Below are positions 50,942 to 62,697 of a DNA stretch of 64,000 bases, one piece after another; within the stretch, counting starts at the first letter, position 1; every line of letters begins with the position of its first letter. A program made the translations under genes and the position numbers. Source of the stretch: Candidatus Magasanikiibacteriota bacterium (lineage in GTDB: Bacteria > Patescibacteriota > Patescibacteriia > Magasanikbacterales > GWA2-37-8); NCBI GenBank assembly GCA_963840935.1, contig CAWJAS010000001.1:706790-770789 (forward strand). The letters are read 5' to 3'. The notes under the pieces were generated by a model. It ran no database searches and had not been told where the DNA came from. It was given only the letters and a program-made list of their open reading frames with translations.

Positions 50942-51718
50942 TTATTCACGCATGGCCTTTTCACGAGCCACCGCCACAATCGCATTTATGTCAAGAGTGG
51001 ACTTCTTTGCTCGCGGTTTGCTTGACTGAACTACCTCGGCGCCATTGATCTCACCTGCGGTGTCGTTCGATGCTTCAGGCGCTGTTTCAGTCGATTCAGG
51101 GCCGGCCAACAAACCGGCCGCATAAAGATTTTTAACTTTTTTTACCAAACGAAAATACAGACCCAGTCTATATTCGGCGATGGCCCAAACCTTTTCGCCC
51201 GGATAACATTTACCGGACATGTAAACCAGCAAAGCGCTTTGAAGAGTTTTTGATTTGCAAGCTTGAACAAGAGAACTAAGATAAATTGCTCCGCATTCCA
51301 TTTGCCCGTGGGCGCTTGCCAATTCACACCCTTGCTTGGCTACTCCATGTACCTGCGGAATGCCGATTTCTCCTCGCTTCTTTCCGATTTTGTGAATATC
51401 AAACCGGCTTTCCAAATAAAATTTGACTACCAGAAGAAGAGGCGGGAGATTATGAATTTTCGCCAGAGAAACAATGCTCGCCGACACTTCTTCGCGCTGT
51501 TCATTGTTTTTACCGCAAAGCCAACTTTTCGGGTCTTGCCCGCAAAGCAAAAATTCGATCATTTTATCAACGGCTTCCGGCGTCTGGATATCAATTGATT
51601 CAAATATACGCGCTTCAACTTCCGGATTTGGCCGACACACCGAAGGACCAACGGGTTCGGACGAAAAGGCGCTAAATGGAACAAACGTAAACACAAGCAC
51701 GGCCATATATTTTGCCAT
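50942..51718 (-). CDS. Secreted protein with a probable SLT lytic transglycosylase domain
   Basis: Signal peptide MAKYMAVLVFTFVPFSAFS; LESRF..GEIGIPQV..GAIYL..ALLVYMSG. Confidence 0.6.
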   Translation of the reverse strand: MAKYMAVLVFTFVPFSAFSSEPVGPSVCRPNPEVEARIFESIDIQTPEAVDKMIEFLLCGQDPKSWLCGKNNEQREEVSASIVSLAKIHNLPPLLLVVKFYLESRFDIHKIGKKRGEIGIPQVHGVAKQGCELASAHGQMECGAIYLSSLVQACKSKTLQSALLVYMSGKCYPGEKVWAIAEYRLGLYFRLVKKVKNLYAAGLLAGPESTETAPEASNDTAGEINGAEVVQSSKPRAKKSTLDINAIVAVAREKAMRE

Positions 51719-51896
51719 GTTTTCTCCTTTTTTTATTTTGAAAGAACGGGTTATATTCGCATAAATACAACATTTTGTCAATAAGCTTGTTTAAAATGAG
51801 ACACAAATAAAACACACTCTTTTCCACATTTATCTCTTGATTATTTGCATGCTTTTTGCTATACTTGTCAAAGTATAATATTTTTTATATAATTTC

Positions 51897-51970
51897 GGGC
51901 GTATAGCTCAGCTGGTTAGAGCGTTTCGTTGACATCGAAAAGGTCTCCCGTTCAAGTCGGGATACGCCCA
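51897..51970 (+). tRNA. tRNA-Val(GAC)
   Basis: GGGCGTA..TACGCCC-A; anticodon arm TTTCG-TT-GAC-AT-CGAAA. Confidence 0.95.
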
Positions 51971-51991
51971 CAAGTAAGAGTTTCACAATAA

Positions 51992-52065
51992 GGGCAATTA
52001 GCTCAGATGGTTAGAGCGCGTCACTGATAATGACGAGGTCGGAGGTTCGATTCCTCCATTGCCCA
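51992..52065 (+). tRNA. tRNA-Ile(GAT)
   Basis: GGGCAAT..ATTGCCC-A; anticodon arm CGTCA-CT-GAT-AA-TGACG. Confidence 0.95.
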
Positions 52066-52099
52066 CATTATAAAATTACCACCTTTAAGAATAATAATA

Positions 52100-52127
52100 A
52101 AAACACTGCCAAAATAGGCAGTGTTTT
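52100..52127. terminator. Bidirectional terminator between the tRNAs and the 16S transcript
   Basis: AAAACACTGCC-aaaata-GGCAGTGTTTT. Confidence 0.8.
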
Positions 52128-52241
52128 AAATTAACAATATAAACGTGACAAAAACCTAAATCGTTCACCCCGTTCCGAAAGAAATTAATCTTAACTCGGA
52201 ACTCGACTGAGAATCGTCTGCCTTTCGGCAGAAGTGTCTCC

Positions 52242-53787
<1,546 letters not shown>

Positions 53788-54220
53788 GATATTTGATTTT
53801 ATTTTTTGACGCCTAAGCGCCAAAAAAGAATTTGTATTTTTTGTTTTTAGGAATAAACGATTATCTATGAACAAACCGAAATTTGTTCATGTGGTTTTTG
53901 TCACATTTATATTGTCAACGATCGTTCTTTTCGCTTTCACAATCGCGTACTCATACGATTCTTGTATTTTTCGAGTTTGAATAAACTCGCGCGGAAAGAA
54001 AAAAGAGGAAGCCAAACTGACTTACTCTTTTCTCCTTCCAGTTTCCTCTTTTCGCAAAAATCAACGAGGACTTAGAAAAATATTTGATTTATTAAAGATG
54101 AAATTTTTGTCAGTATTTTTTTAGCTTGTTAAGCTTACCTCAAAGGCAAAATTTTGTCAAGAGCTAGCCAATATTTTCTTTTTGGATAAACTGTGGATAA
54201 ATTCCAAACAATAATTTGGC

Positions 54221-54946
54221 TTATTTTACACGTTTTTTACGCCATTCCGCGATTTTTGCATGGTCTCCTTCAAGTAAAACCTTTGGAACTTTAAAGCCCA
54301 TAAAATTTTCCGGACGAGTGTAAACAGGGTATTTGCCAGAAATTTTAGACTTGTCGTTCGCTAGCGACAGATTAGATTTTAATCCGCCGGCTGACGGATT
54401 GATTTTAGATCGACTGTGAGTTTCGCCAATCAATGATTCTTCATTGCCCAATACTCCGGGCACCAATCGACTAACGGCTTCTACAATCGTGAGCGCCGGC
54501 AATTCACCACCGGACAAAACATAATCGCCGACAGATATTTTTTCATCCGCTAATTTATAGACACGTTCATCAAATCCTTCATATCTTCCGCAAATTAAAA
54601 TAATTCTTTCCAACTTGGAAAATTTTTCAGCCATACGCTGGTCAAATTTTTTTCCGGCCGGATCCATAATGATAATTCTTGTTTTTCTGTTTTTTCCTTT
54701 CCGGGCTTTGATTGCCTTAAGACAATCGTAAATCGGCTGAACTTGCAGAATCATACCGGCTCCCCCACCATACGGCCTATCATCAACGTGACGCTGTTTG
54801 TCTTTGGTGAAATCACGAAAATTATGAGCCAAAATATTAACCAAGCCGGCTTTTTGGGCCCGCTTCAAAATACTTTCCGAAGCATAGTCATAAACAATGT
54901 CCGGAAAAAGAGTCAAAATATCAAATTTTATTTTTGGCCTCTTCAT
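54221..54946 (-). CDS. trmD: tRNA (guanine37-N1)-methyltransferase
   Basis: FDILTLFP, VDDRPYGGGAGM, CGRYEGFDER, SVGDYVLSGGE, YTRPE; start at MKRPKIKF. Confidence 0.97.
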   Translation of the reverse strand: MKRPKIKFDILTLFPDIVYDYASESILKRAQKAGLVNILAHNFRDFTKDKQRHVDDRPYGGGAGMILQVQPIYDCLKAIKARKGKNRKTRIIIMDPAGKKFDQRMAEKFSKLERIILICGRYEGFDERVYKLADEKISVGDYVLSGGELPALTIVEAVSRLVPGVLGNEESLIGETHSRSKINPSAGGLKSNLSLANDKSKISGKYPVYTRPENFMGFKVPKVLLEGDHAKIAEWRKKRVK

Positions 54947-54976
54947 ATTGACAAATTCTTGATTATGGTATAGGGT

Positions 54977-55209
54977 TAAGGTTAGCGGTAACTGGGCAAA
55001 ATCCGCTCCCATCTGCAAGTAGTAGCGAAAGCGAAACGGCCGGATGGTTCTCTCAGATCGACCAAGGATTGACCTGACAAGCCCCAAACAGCCACGTTCC
55101 TTTTGCCCAGCCATCGGCGTGCAAGCATATATTACGGCGAAGAAGAGTTCCCCCTCCTTTCTCTTCAATCGTAGTATCAAATGCTTGGCGCTGATGGCTT
55201 CTTTTTTTT
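54977..55209 (+). ncRNA. Candidate structured non-coding RNA (family not recognised)
   Basis: TTGACA upstream (54948), several long complementary arms, an AGUA-GC-GAAA-GC-GAA motif and a terminal long hairpin followed by T8. Confidence 0.55.
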
Positions 55210-55252
55210 ATAAAAAAATAATCCCGCCAACATTTAGCTGACGGGATCAATT

Positions 55253-55567
55253 TTAGATATCCAAGTTATCAACTGCGCTGGTGTCAACCGCTTCTTCTCT
55301 GGCAGTGCTTCTGCCACGGCCACCTTCAGGTTCGTTAATTTTCAAATTAACGCGGGCGTTGTTCTTCGCTCCGACAATTTTGAGCAAAGTTCTGATAGCC
55401 CTTGCGGTTTGACCGCTTCTTCCGATCACATAACCCATATCGCTCGGATTAACGTCAAGCGTGAGAAGTACTCCGCGCTCGTCAATCATGCGTTCTACCT
55501 TCACATCGTTCGGATTGTTTACAATCGCTTTAACGACGGATTCCAAGAATTGCTGATCGCTATTCAT
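55253..55567 (-). CDS. khpA: KH-domain RNA-binding protein
   Basis: DMGYVIGRSGQTARAIRTLL; downstream of rpsP. Confidence 0.9.
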   Translation of the reverse strand: MNSDQQFLESVVKAIVNNPNDVKVERMIDERGVLLTLDVNPSDMGYVIGRSGQTARAIRTLLKIVGAKNNARVNLKINEPEGGRGRSTAREEAVDTSAVDNLDI

Positions 55568-55699
55568 AATTAACAACTTAATTTTAAACGAACGAGACAA
55601 TTTGTCGACATGCGGTTTCCCGCCCAAATCATCTTCATTCTTAATATGTATATTATACCATTTTTTCGACTTTCAGTCAAGATCTTTCGCGCCGTTCAA

Positions 55700-56224
55700 T
55701 TAAACGGTCTCTTCACTAACCGCTTCAGGCTTTTTTTCTTCGGTGGCAACCGGCGTTTCCACAACCGTTTCCGGCGTTGTTTCCACAACCGTTTCGGCCG
55801 GTGAAGATACTTCCGCTTTTACTTCGGATTCTGCCGGAACCTCAGCGGGCTCTTCAACAGCAACCTCGACCGGCGGAGTTTGTTCGGCTTGCTTTTTGGC
55901 GTCAGCTTCTGCTTTTTGTTTTGTCTCTTCTTCCAATTTGGCTTTTCTTTTTTTAGACAAATAAACAGACTTCTTTTTTTTGCCTTCGATAATTCTGGCT
56001 GAAATCAATAAATTATTGACGGTTTCCGACAACTGAGCGCCTTTGGAAATCCAATATTTTATTCTGTCGACTTTGGCCGACAATTGTTTTCCTTTGGAAT
56101 GCGGGTCATAACTTCCAAGTTCTTCCAAACTTGTGCCCCAAGTATCTTTGGTTTTTTCGGAAATAATAAAACGATAGGTGGGCAATTTCTTTTTTCCTAT
56201 TCTTTTTAATCTGATAGTTAACAT
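55700..56224 (-). CDS. rpsP: 30S ribosomal protein S16 with an acidic C-terminal extension
   Basis: MLTIRLKRIGKKKLPTYR..ELGSYDP..YWISKGAQLSETV. Confidence 0.96.
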   Translation of the reverse strand: MLTIRLKRIGKKKLPTYRFIISEKTKDTWGTSLEELGSYDPHSKGKQLSAKVDRIKYWISKGAQLSETVNNLLISARIIEGKKKKSVYLSKKRKAKLEEETKQKAEADAKKQAEQTPPVEVAVEEPAEVPAESEVKAEVSSPAETVVETTPETVVETPVATEEKKPEAVSEETV

Positions 56225-56377
56225 AAAATATATTCAAAAATCAAAATCCGCCAGCTGGCGGTAAAAGTCAAAATTAATAAATTATGACTTTTTTCATTTT
56301 GACGGGTTGGGCTTAAGGCCCAGAGAGCTTGATTAATATACATTAAAATAATATTGCTGTCAACACCGCCCGTAGCC

Positions 56378-58249
56378 TCATTCTTGATTCGGCACATCAT
56401 CGATTTTAACGCTCAATAGCTTCGAAATTCCATCCGAGGCCATGGCCACTCCATAAAGCGCGTCAACTGCGTGCATCGTCACTCGATTATGAGTAATCAA
56501 AATAAATTGAGCGTGCTTGGATAATTCGGAAATAATTTTGGTAAAACGAATTGTATTTGCTTCATCAAGAGCGGCTTCGACCTCGTCAAGCACCACAAAA
56601 GGCGAAGGATTATAATTCAAAACAGCACAAATTAAAGCAATGGAGGTGAGAGTGCGCTCCCCTCCAGACAAAGAATTCAAACTTTTTATTTTTTTACCCG
56701 GCGGATTGGCGGTCACTTCAATACCCATCAAAATCTTTTCTTTTTTATTTTTTAATCGAGTATTTTCCGCAGAAATAATTTGTTCTTGATTTTCAAAATC
56801 AATATTTTCGCCAACATTTTCCGGCACTTCTTCCTCGTACACTTCAACCAAATCCGCATTACCCCCTTCAAATAAAATATTAAAAAATCTGTTAAATTCT
56901 TTGCGTATATTTCTAAAAGCGACCACTCGTTTTGATTTCATCAAATCATCAAGTTCAGCGGACATTTTGGTCAAATCGGCTGTCGCCTGACGCAAGTCAG
57001 TCAACTGATTAAACAAGAAGTTAAATCTCTCTTTGGTGGTTTCGTATTCGCTTATCACTTCTTCGTCAATACCTCCGATTAAATTCAATTGGTATTTTAA
57101 TTTTTGAATTTCTAACGCCAATTTTTCATAATCTTCAACTTCCAAAATATCCTGGCGCCGGCCAATAATTGATTCCAAAGAAATATTCATGTCATTTCTC
57201 ACTTCTTCATTCAGCGATTCCGCTCTGGTTTCAAGCCGAGCCAAAGCCACCCTCAGGTCATTGCGAACCGTGGCAATGCCGTTCAAATCGTTTTGTTTAA
57301 TTTGCATTTGTTCTTGAAGAGAAAAAACATGTTGTTTCTTTTGTTCCTCGCGTTCATTAAAATCCCTCATTTCATTTTCGATTTTTTGGACTATGGCGAC
57401 TTTGGCGTTCATCTCGGCCATCAATCTTTCTTTCTCGCGATTTAATTCCGATAATTTTATTCCATACTCTTCAGGGCTCATTTCCACAAACGATAATTCG
57501 CGTTCAATTTGCGCCAACTCTTTGTCCAAATTTTGTTTTTCGGTTTCAACAAGCGCCCGTCTGGCAACATTTAACTCGCGCTTAACCTCCAAATCAGACA
57601 ATTCTTTTTTGGCTTGTCCAAGCATTTGTTCAATATCCAAAAGATTTTGCTGTTCCAGAGCAAGAGAACGTTGGCATTCTTTGATTCTATCTTCCGCCCC
57701 CATCATTATTTTTGTGGCAAAACTGATTGAACCAAAACGGTCTTTCCGCCACCCTCCTTTCATCACACCTCGCTTTTCAATCAAATCACCATTCAAGGTG
57801 ACCATGCGCGCCCGACCAATGCCGATTAGCTGGGCGGTTTTCATATCTTTCACCACCAATGTATTGCCAAGAACAAATTGAAAAATATTTTCAAATTTTG
57901 AATCAAATTTTATCAAATCAACCGCCTTGCCGACAACACCCGGCTCGTTTACTAATTCGTTTAAAACCGCGTCTTCCTGCCTGGCGGTAATTTTGTTAAT
58001 CGGTAAAAATGTGGCCACACCCAATTTGTTTTCTCGCAAATAATCAATCGCTCGCTTGGCAATATCATCCGTTTCCACCACCACCGAAGAAAGATTGCCT
58101 CCGGCAGCCACATCAAGAGCCAGCCGATTTACTTCGTCGGTCTCACCAAGCTCGGCGACAACACCGAATATTTTTCCAATTTGAGATTTGTTATTCAACA
58201 CCGCTTTTATGGCCGTAAGCCCGGAAACCTGCAAAAAATTCTGCTCTGA
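56378..58249 (-). CDS. smc: SMC chromosome segregation protein, hinge to C-terminal head only (N-terminal half missing at the junction)
   Basis: Hinge G.ATFLP/RMVTLNGD, coiled coil, LSGGE signature, VLDEVEAALD, ITHN. Confidence 0.92.
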   Translation of the reverse strand, partial: SEQNFLQVSGLTAIKAVLNNKSQIGKIFGVVAELGETDEVNRLALDVAAGGNLSSVVVETDDIAKRAIDYLRENKLGVATFLPINKITARQEDAVLNELVNEPGVVGKAVDLIKFDSKFENIFQFVLGNTLVVKDMKTAQLIGIGRARMVTLNGDLIEKRGVMKGGWRKDRFGSISFATKIMMGAEDRIKECQRSLALEQQNLLDIEQMLGQAKKELSDLEVKRELNVARRALVETEKQNLDKELAQIERELSFVEMSPEEYGIKLSELNREKERLMAEMNAKVAIVQKIENEMRDFNEREEQKKQHVFSLQEQMQIKQNDLNGIATVRNDLRVALARLETRAESLNEEVRNDMNISLESIIGRRQDILEVEDYEKLALEIQKLKYQLNLIGGIDEEVISEYETTKERFNFLFNQLTDLRQATADLTKMSAELDDLMKSKRVVAFRNIRKEFNRFFNILFEGGNADLVEVYEEEVPENVGENIDFENQEQIISAENTRLKNKKEKILMGIEVTANPPGKKIKSLNSLSGGERTLTSIALICAVLNYNPSPFVVLDEVEAALDEANTIRFTKIISELSKHAQFILITHNRVTMHAVDALYGVAMASDGISKLLSVKIDDVPNQE

Positions 58250-58348
58250 TTGGTAGACCTGATCTAGCCAGGGATGTGCTAAGTGATGTGCCTCATGTGG
58301 TTTTAACAAAGCAGCAATCAGCGTTGAAGTATCAAATACTAGTCTCAT
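58250..58348 (-). pseudogene. N-terminal fragment of a PIN/VapC toxin, cut at the junction
   Basis: MRLVFDTSTLIAALLKPHEAH; start overlaps the antitoxin stop (ATGA). Confidence 0.7.
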
Positions 58349-58611
58349 GACATCAATGCTGCCAGTCGCTGTTCACGGTCTTGTTGCACAAAATCTGTTT
58401 CCTGGTCCGTCAGCTCACCATTATAGACCAATACATGATTTTCATAGGTCAAATGAGAGGGCATTTCCTTAACCCGCACCTCGAATGCCATCACTCTGGC
58501 GTCTTCACAATTAGGGACATCCCGGTACCCCAGTCCAAATTGTTTTCGCAAAGCTTCCGAAACAGCGATAATTCCTGGCTTTTCCAGAGTAATCTCTACC
58601 GTTGAATTCAT
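58345..58611 (-). CDS. AbrB/VapB-like antitoxin
   Basis: ITLEKPGIIAVSEALRKQFGL; directly upstream of the PIN fragment. Confidence 0.55.
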   Translation of the reverse strand: MNSTVEITLEKPGIIAVSEALRKQFGLGYRDVPNCEDARVMAFEVRVKEMPSHLTYENHVLVYNGELTDQETDFVQQDREQRLAALMS

Positions 58612-58722
58612 GCTTTTTCTCCGATCTCAAAGTACAGGCCCTGTTGTGATGAGCTTTCCGAGTCTTAACTCAATTCTCACTACTTTTCACCCATTCGTCA
58701 AACTCACGAAGCAATTGCTGTT

Positions 58723-59845
58723 TCACAGGAGCTGGTGCGACACGTCACAAAGGCATTGCGCGCCCACACGGGCCAGATCAACCTGATCATAGCCAAATTC
58801 TGTGGCCAGCACCTGATATTCCTGGGTGAGCGACGTGTTAAAGAGCGGCGGGTCACTCACTGTTGACCGTGACCAGCAGCCCCATGCGATCCAGTTCGGG
58901 GAAGGGATGGTCCGCCAGGTTGGGATAGACGTGCGGACAGATGTTACTGGTCGGGTTGAGTTCCAGGGGAATCTGGCGCTCTTTGAGCAGGGCCAGCAAC
59001 TTCTCATCTTCAATGGCGCGCACACCGTGTCCAATGCGGTCGGCATGTAAGGTTGTCACCGCGCCCCAGATGCTGGCCGGTCCCACCGTTTCCCCGGCAT
59101 GAGGCACCGAGAGCAGACCAGCCGCTTTGGCGGTGCGAAAGACCTGGGCAAACGGCTCCGGCGGCGCACCAACTTCATAGCCGCCCAAGCCAAAGCCGAC
59201 CACCCCTTTGTCCTGACCGGCTAACGCATACGCCAGTGTCCGTTCAGCGGGATAAGCGTTGTAATATTCCTTGGTACGCAAACCCAACCGGCGTAATTGG
59301 GCGTCCACCACCCGCTTGACGCCACGCACCTTGCTCGACTTATGCCACGGTTTGAAACTGGTGTTGCGCGGAATGTCAAAAACCCAGCGCATTTCGACGC
59401 CAAAGTCCCGTTTTGCCTCGGCAAGGCGCGGCCAGTTTCTAACCCTTCAAAGAGCGCTTCTATCGTTAACCCTTTCTCCTGCGAAGTCAGTGTGGGTAAA
59501 AGGCGTAAAGGTCACCTTCGCGGTAGCGGATATTCTGCGCCGCCATATCCGCGCCACAGGCATGGACGATCAGCGCAAAATCTTCCGGCGTGCGCAAGAG
59601 ATCCGAAATCGTCCAGTAAATCTGGATAAAGTGCGGGAAATCGGTAAAGGTAAACCAACGGCGCAGGCCATCCAGATCGGTCGTGGCAGCTTACTCTTCC
59701 CGCCGGTGCCGGGGCGCGCCAGTTCCAGCAACGTCTCCGGTTGGATTGCGCCTTCCAAATGCACATGAATTTCCGCTTTGGGCATGGCCTGGATAAAATC
59801 ACGGGTTGAGGGCTGAAGGTTGAGTGGTACATTCATGGGATTCAT
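58723..59845 (-). CDS. add: Adenosine deaminase, fragmented by multiple indels
   Basis: MPKAEIHVHLEGAI, GFGLGGYE, VPHAGE, RIGHGVR, LELNPTSN, VTVNS/DPPLFNT spread over several frames. Confidence 0.85.
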
Positions 59846-60107
59846 CGTTGATCAAAATTTTGTTTGACGTGAATGGCAGGTAGAATGGTAAAGGAAGTGC
59901 CAGTTCAACGTTCGCTAAAGAATGGCTGAGAAAGAGAAAACCCTTCCTGTCAATGGAAGCAGTATGCTTTAAGCTTGCGAAATGCCCCCTGCGTATGATC
60001 TGGCCAGGCGATAACCGTTAGCTCACTTCAGAAATTCTAACCGAATTCATGTATATTGATCAAACTCAAACCGATTCGACGCAAACCATTCAACCGCTTG
60101 CATACAA

Positions 60108-61395
60108 GTGGAGTTGGGTAAGACGCGCAGAAGCGTTTTTTATCTACTGATGTTCACTATTGCTTTGATGTTGAGTGGTGGCAGCGCCCTGCCGGCCACG
60201 CAAGCCCGCGACCGCGGCATGGCGATGATTGTCGCCGGCTGGGGCTTTGATCTGCTCGGTTGGGAAGCGGAAGCGGTTGCGGCCAAATTACGTGCCCTAC
60301 TCAACCAACCCGCTGCTGGATTGACCTATACAGAAGCGGTCAGTCTGGTTCGCCAGTATCTGGATCACGCCCAGCAAATTCGTGAGCCTCGAGAAGGAGA
60401 TCAATCGTAGCTTTGCTGAAAATCAACACAAGGCCACATCAGAGATAAAACAACAGCAGGCCCAAATTACTGCATTACGGGCGCAACAACAGCAGAAACG
60501 CCCTACGGTTGAACAGATCATCGAAGGCCAGGTCACCTATGAATTGCAGCAAGAGGGGCTAGAATGGGCAAACTGGGCTTTCCCACCCGTTCAGTTTACC
60601 TTTGTCGAACCACCGCGGTAAATTGGTCGTCAGCCCGCGTGCGATAAAATCACCACGATGTATAGCCAAATGCTGGATGCCGAAATGAGCATTGACCAGC
60701 TTGAGCAAAGTGAAGCCGCTTATCGCCAACAGTACAATGTCAGTGCCTATATCGCCAATATCGGCGGGTTAGGCGCCTTCCCCACCATGGTGATTGACCG
60801 CGCTGGTCTCTCATGGATTTTGAGCACGGTCGCCCACGAGTGGTGTCATAACTATCTCTCGCTCTTTCCGCTGGGCCTCAACTATCTCACCAGCGCCGAT
60901 CTGACCACGATCAATGAAACCGTAGCCGAGATCGTCGGCAATGAGAGTCGGCGACCGCGCACTGCGTACCTTCTATCCCGATCAAGTGCCACCCCCGACG
61001 CCGCAAGAATCACCGGTCCAACCAGCGCCCAATGCGCCGACACCGTTTGACTTTTATCAAGAATGCGCGAAACCCGCCTGCGGGTCGATGGCTTACTAGC
61101 CGCCGGCCAAGTCGAAGCCGCCGAGCGCTATATGGAAGCCCGCCGTCAATTTTTTGTAGCGCATGGCTACCCCCTGCGCGTCCTTAACCAGGCATATTTT
61201 GCCTTTCACGGCAGCTATGGCACCAGTGCTGCCAGCACCAGCCCCATCGGCCCTAAGTTAGAAGAATTGCGCCGCTTGACGCCTGATCTCCACCTTTCTC
61301 CAGGTTGTACGCAGAATCACATCAGCCGAAGAACTCGACGCCATTCTAGCCGACTGGCAAAGGCGCTGATCGCTCCGGCCAGTTGCAATCACTAA
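60108..61395 (+). CDS. Secreted/membrane protein with an HEXXH metallopeptidase-like motif, fragmented by indels
   Basis: Four consecutive fragments; AHEWCHNYL..INETVA; LNQAYFAFHGSY. Confidence 0.6.
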
Positions 61396-61423
61396 TCACC
61401 CGATCACCCAATACCGAATCGCT

Positions 61424-62161
61424 ATGCGCTTTTCTTTCACCACCCAACCGGCGACCTTCTTGGAGCGGCCCAATCGCTATCGCATTGTCGCTCAACTACA
61501 CGAAAATCAGCAGATCGTCAACGCCCACTGCCCTGACCCTGGCCGCCTGCGCGAGTTACTCATTCCCGGCGCCACCGTTCACCTGAGCAACGCCAGCCAC
61601 AATGAACGCAAAACGGCCTATGACCTGCGTTTTGTTGAACATCCAGAGCACGGTCAACTGGTCAGCCTCGACACCCGCATTCCCGATCAAATTTTCCAAG
61701 AGGGACTGGAAACCGGCTTTTTCAGCCCCTTCCGTGGCTACCACGCCATGCAACGCGAAGTCCCTCTCCCCCATCCACCAGCCGATGGCGGTGTCCATAG
61801 CCGGATTGACTACCGGCTGATCGATGCCAATGGACAGCCCTGTTGGATCGAAGTGAAGTCGGCCAGCCTGGTCGAAGAGCGCTGCGCCCGCTTCCCTGAT
61901 GCCGTCACGGCGCGTGGACGGCGCCATGTGCTGGAGCTAGCCGAAATGGCGCAACGTGGCGTGCGCACAGCCATTGTCTTTATCATCCAGCGCCCCGACG
62001 CCGACCTGCTGCGGCCCCAGTGGAGCACCGATCCGGATTTTGGGTATGCGTTAATAGCAGCCCAAGTTGCCGGGGTCGAGATTTATGCCTATACCTGTAT
62101 CCTCACCCTGGAACAGGTTACGCTAGAACGAGCAGTTTCGGTTGTTCTAACCATCGACTAA
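61424..62161 (+). CDS. sfsA: Sugar fermentation stimulation protein (PD-(D/E)XK nuclease fold)
   Basis: FLERPNRY, HCPDPGRLREL, SRIDY, IEVKS, FPDAVTARGRRH. Confidence 0.93.
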   Translation: MRFSFTTQPATFLERPNRYRIVAQLHENQQIVNAHCPDPGRLRELLIPGATVHLSNASHNERKTAYDLRFVEHPEHGQLVSLDTRIPDQIFQEGLETGFFSPFRGYHAMQREVPLPHPPADGGVHSRIDYRLIDANGQPCWIEVKSASLVEERCARFPDAVTARGRRHVLELAEMAQRGVRTAIVFIIQRPDADLLRPQWSTDPDFGYALIAAQVAGVEIYAYTCILTLEQVTLERAVSVVLTID

Positions 62162-62238
62162 CCAATTACCAACAAAACGCCAACATTTTCGCGCTTTACA
62201 AAAACGAACTCCTGTGCTATACTAGTATTGTCAGTCAA

Positions 62239-62649
62239 GGGGATGTCCGGTTTCGACGGGGCAGGAAGTGCTTTGATTGCAGGTCGTAGAGCGTGTGGCT
62301 ACGTAAAAAGACGCAAAACATATAAATGCCAACACAGGCAAATCCTTCAACTTCGGTTTCGCTAGCGCCCCTATGGCGGTTGCAGCCTAACTAAAAGTGG
62401 AAGATTGATCCTTTAACCAGGATCACGGCCCGTTCTAGTGTTACTCTCAGGCTAGACGCAAGCTGAAATATACTGCTGAGTTGCGGGGGCTAGACGCCGA
62501 TACGGCCCCTTAAGACACATCGGCTAGTTGGGCATAGGAATCTCGTCGCCGGAGTCCGCCAGCGAAACAACAAATGTGCAACTAAACCTGTAGACGTCTC
62601 TGTACAAGTGTTTCGGACGGACGCGGGTTCAATTCCCGCCATCTCCACC
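62239..62649 (+). ncRNA. ssrA: tmRNA; tag peptide ANTGKSFNFGFASAPMAVAA (62328-62390)
   Basis: 5' GGGGATG..GGTTTCGAC; 3' GCGGGTTCAATTCCCGCCATCTCCACC; TAAAT-GCC resume context; tag ends in AA-stop. Confidence 0.93.
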
Positions 62650-62652
62650 TAT

Positions 62653-62688
62653 AAAAAGCGGCCCGGATATGATCCGGGCCGCTTTTTT
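62653..62688. terminator. Terminator after ssrA
   Basis: AAAAAGCGGCCCGGAT-atg-ATCCGGGCCGCTTTTT. Confidence 0.85.
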
Positions 62689-62697
62689 ATTTATACT

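Noticed and set aside
55060-55090. SRP RNA on the minus strand (GTCAGGTC)
   Set aside because: The required GNRA loop and AGCAG of helix 8 do not follow.
54947-55180. Long N-terminal extension of TrmD given by the ORF track
   Set aside because: TrmD homology starts at MKRPKIKFDIL; the upstream region is better explained as structured non-coding sequence.
56378-58348. Novel PIN-SMC fusion protein (656 aa)
   Set aside because: Both parts are truncated and the fusion point coincides with a composition and sequence-quality break.
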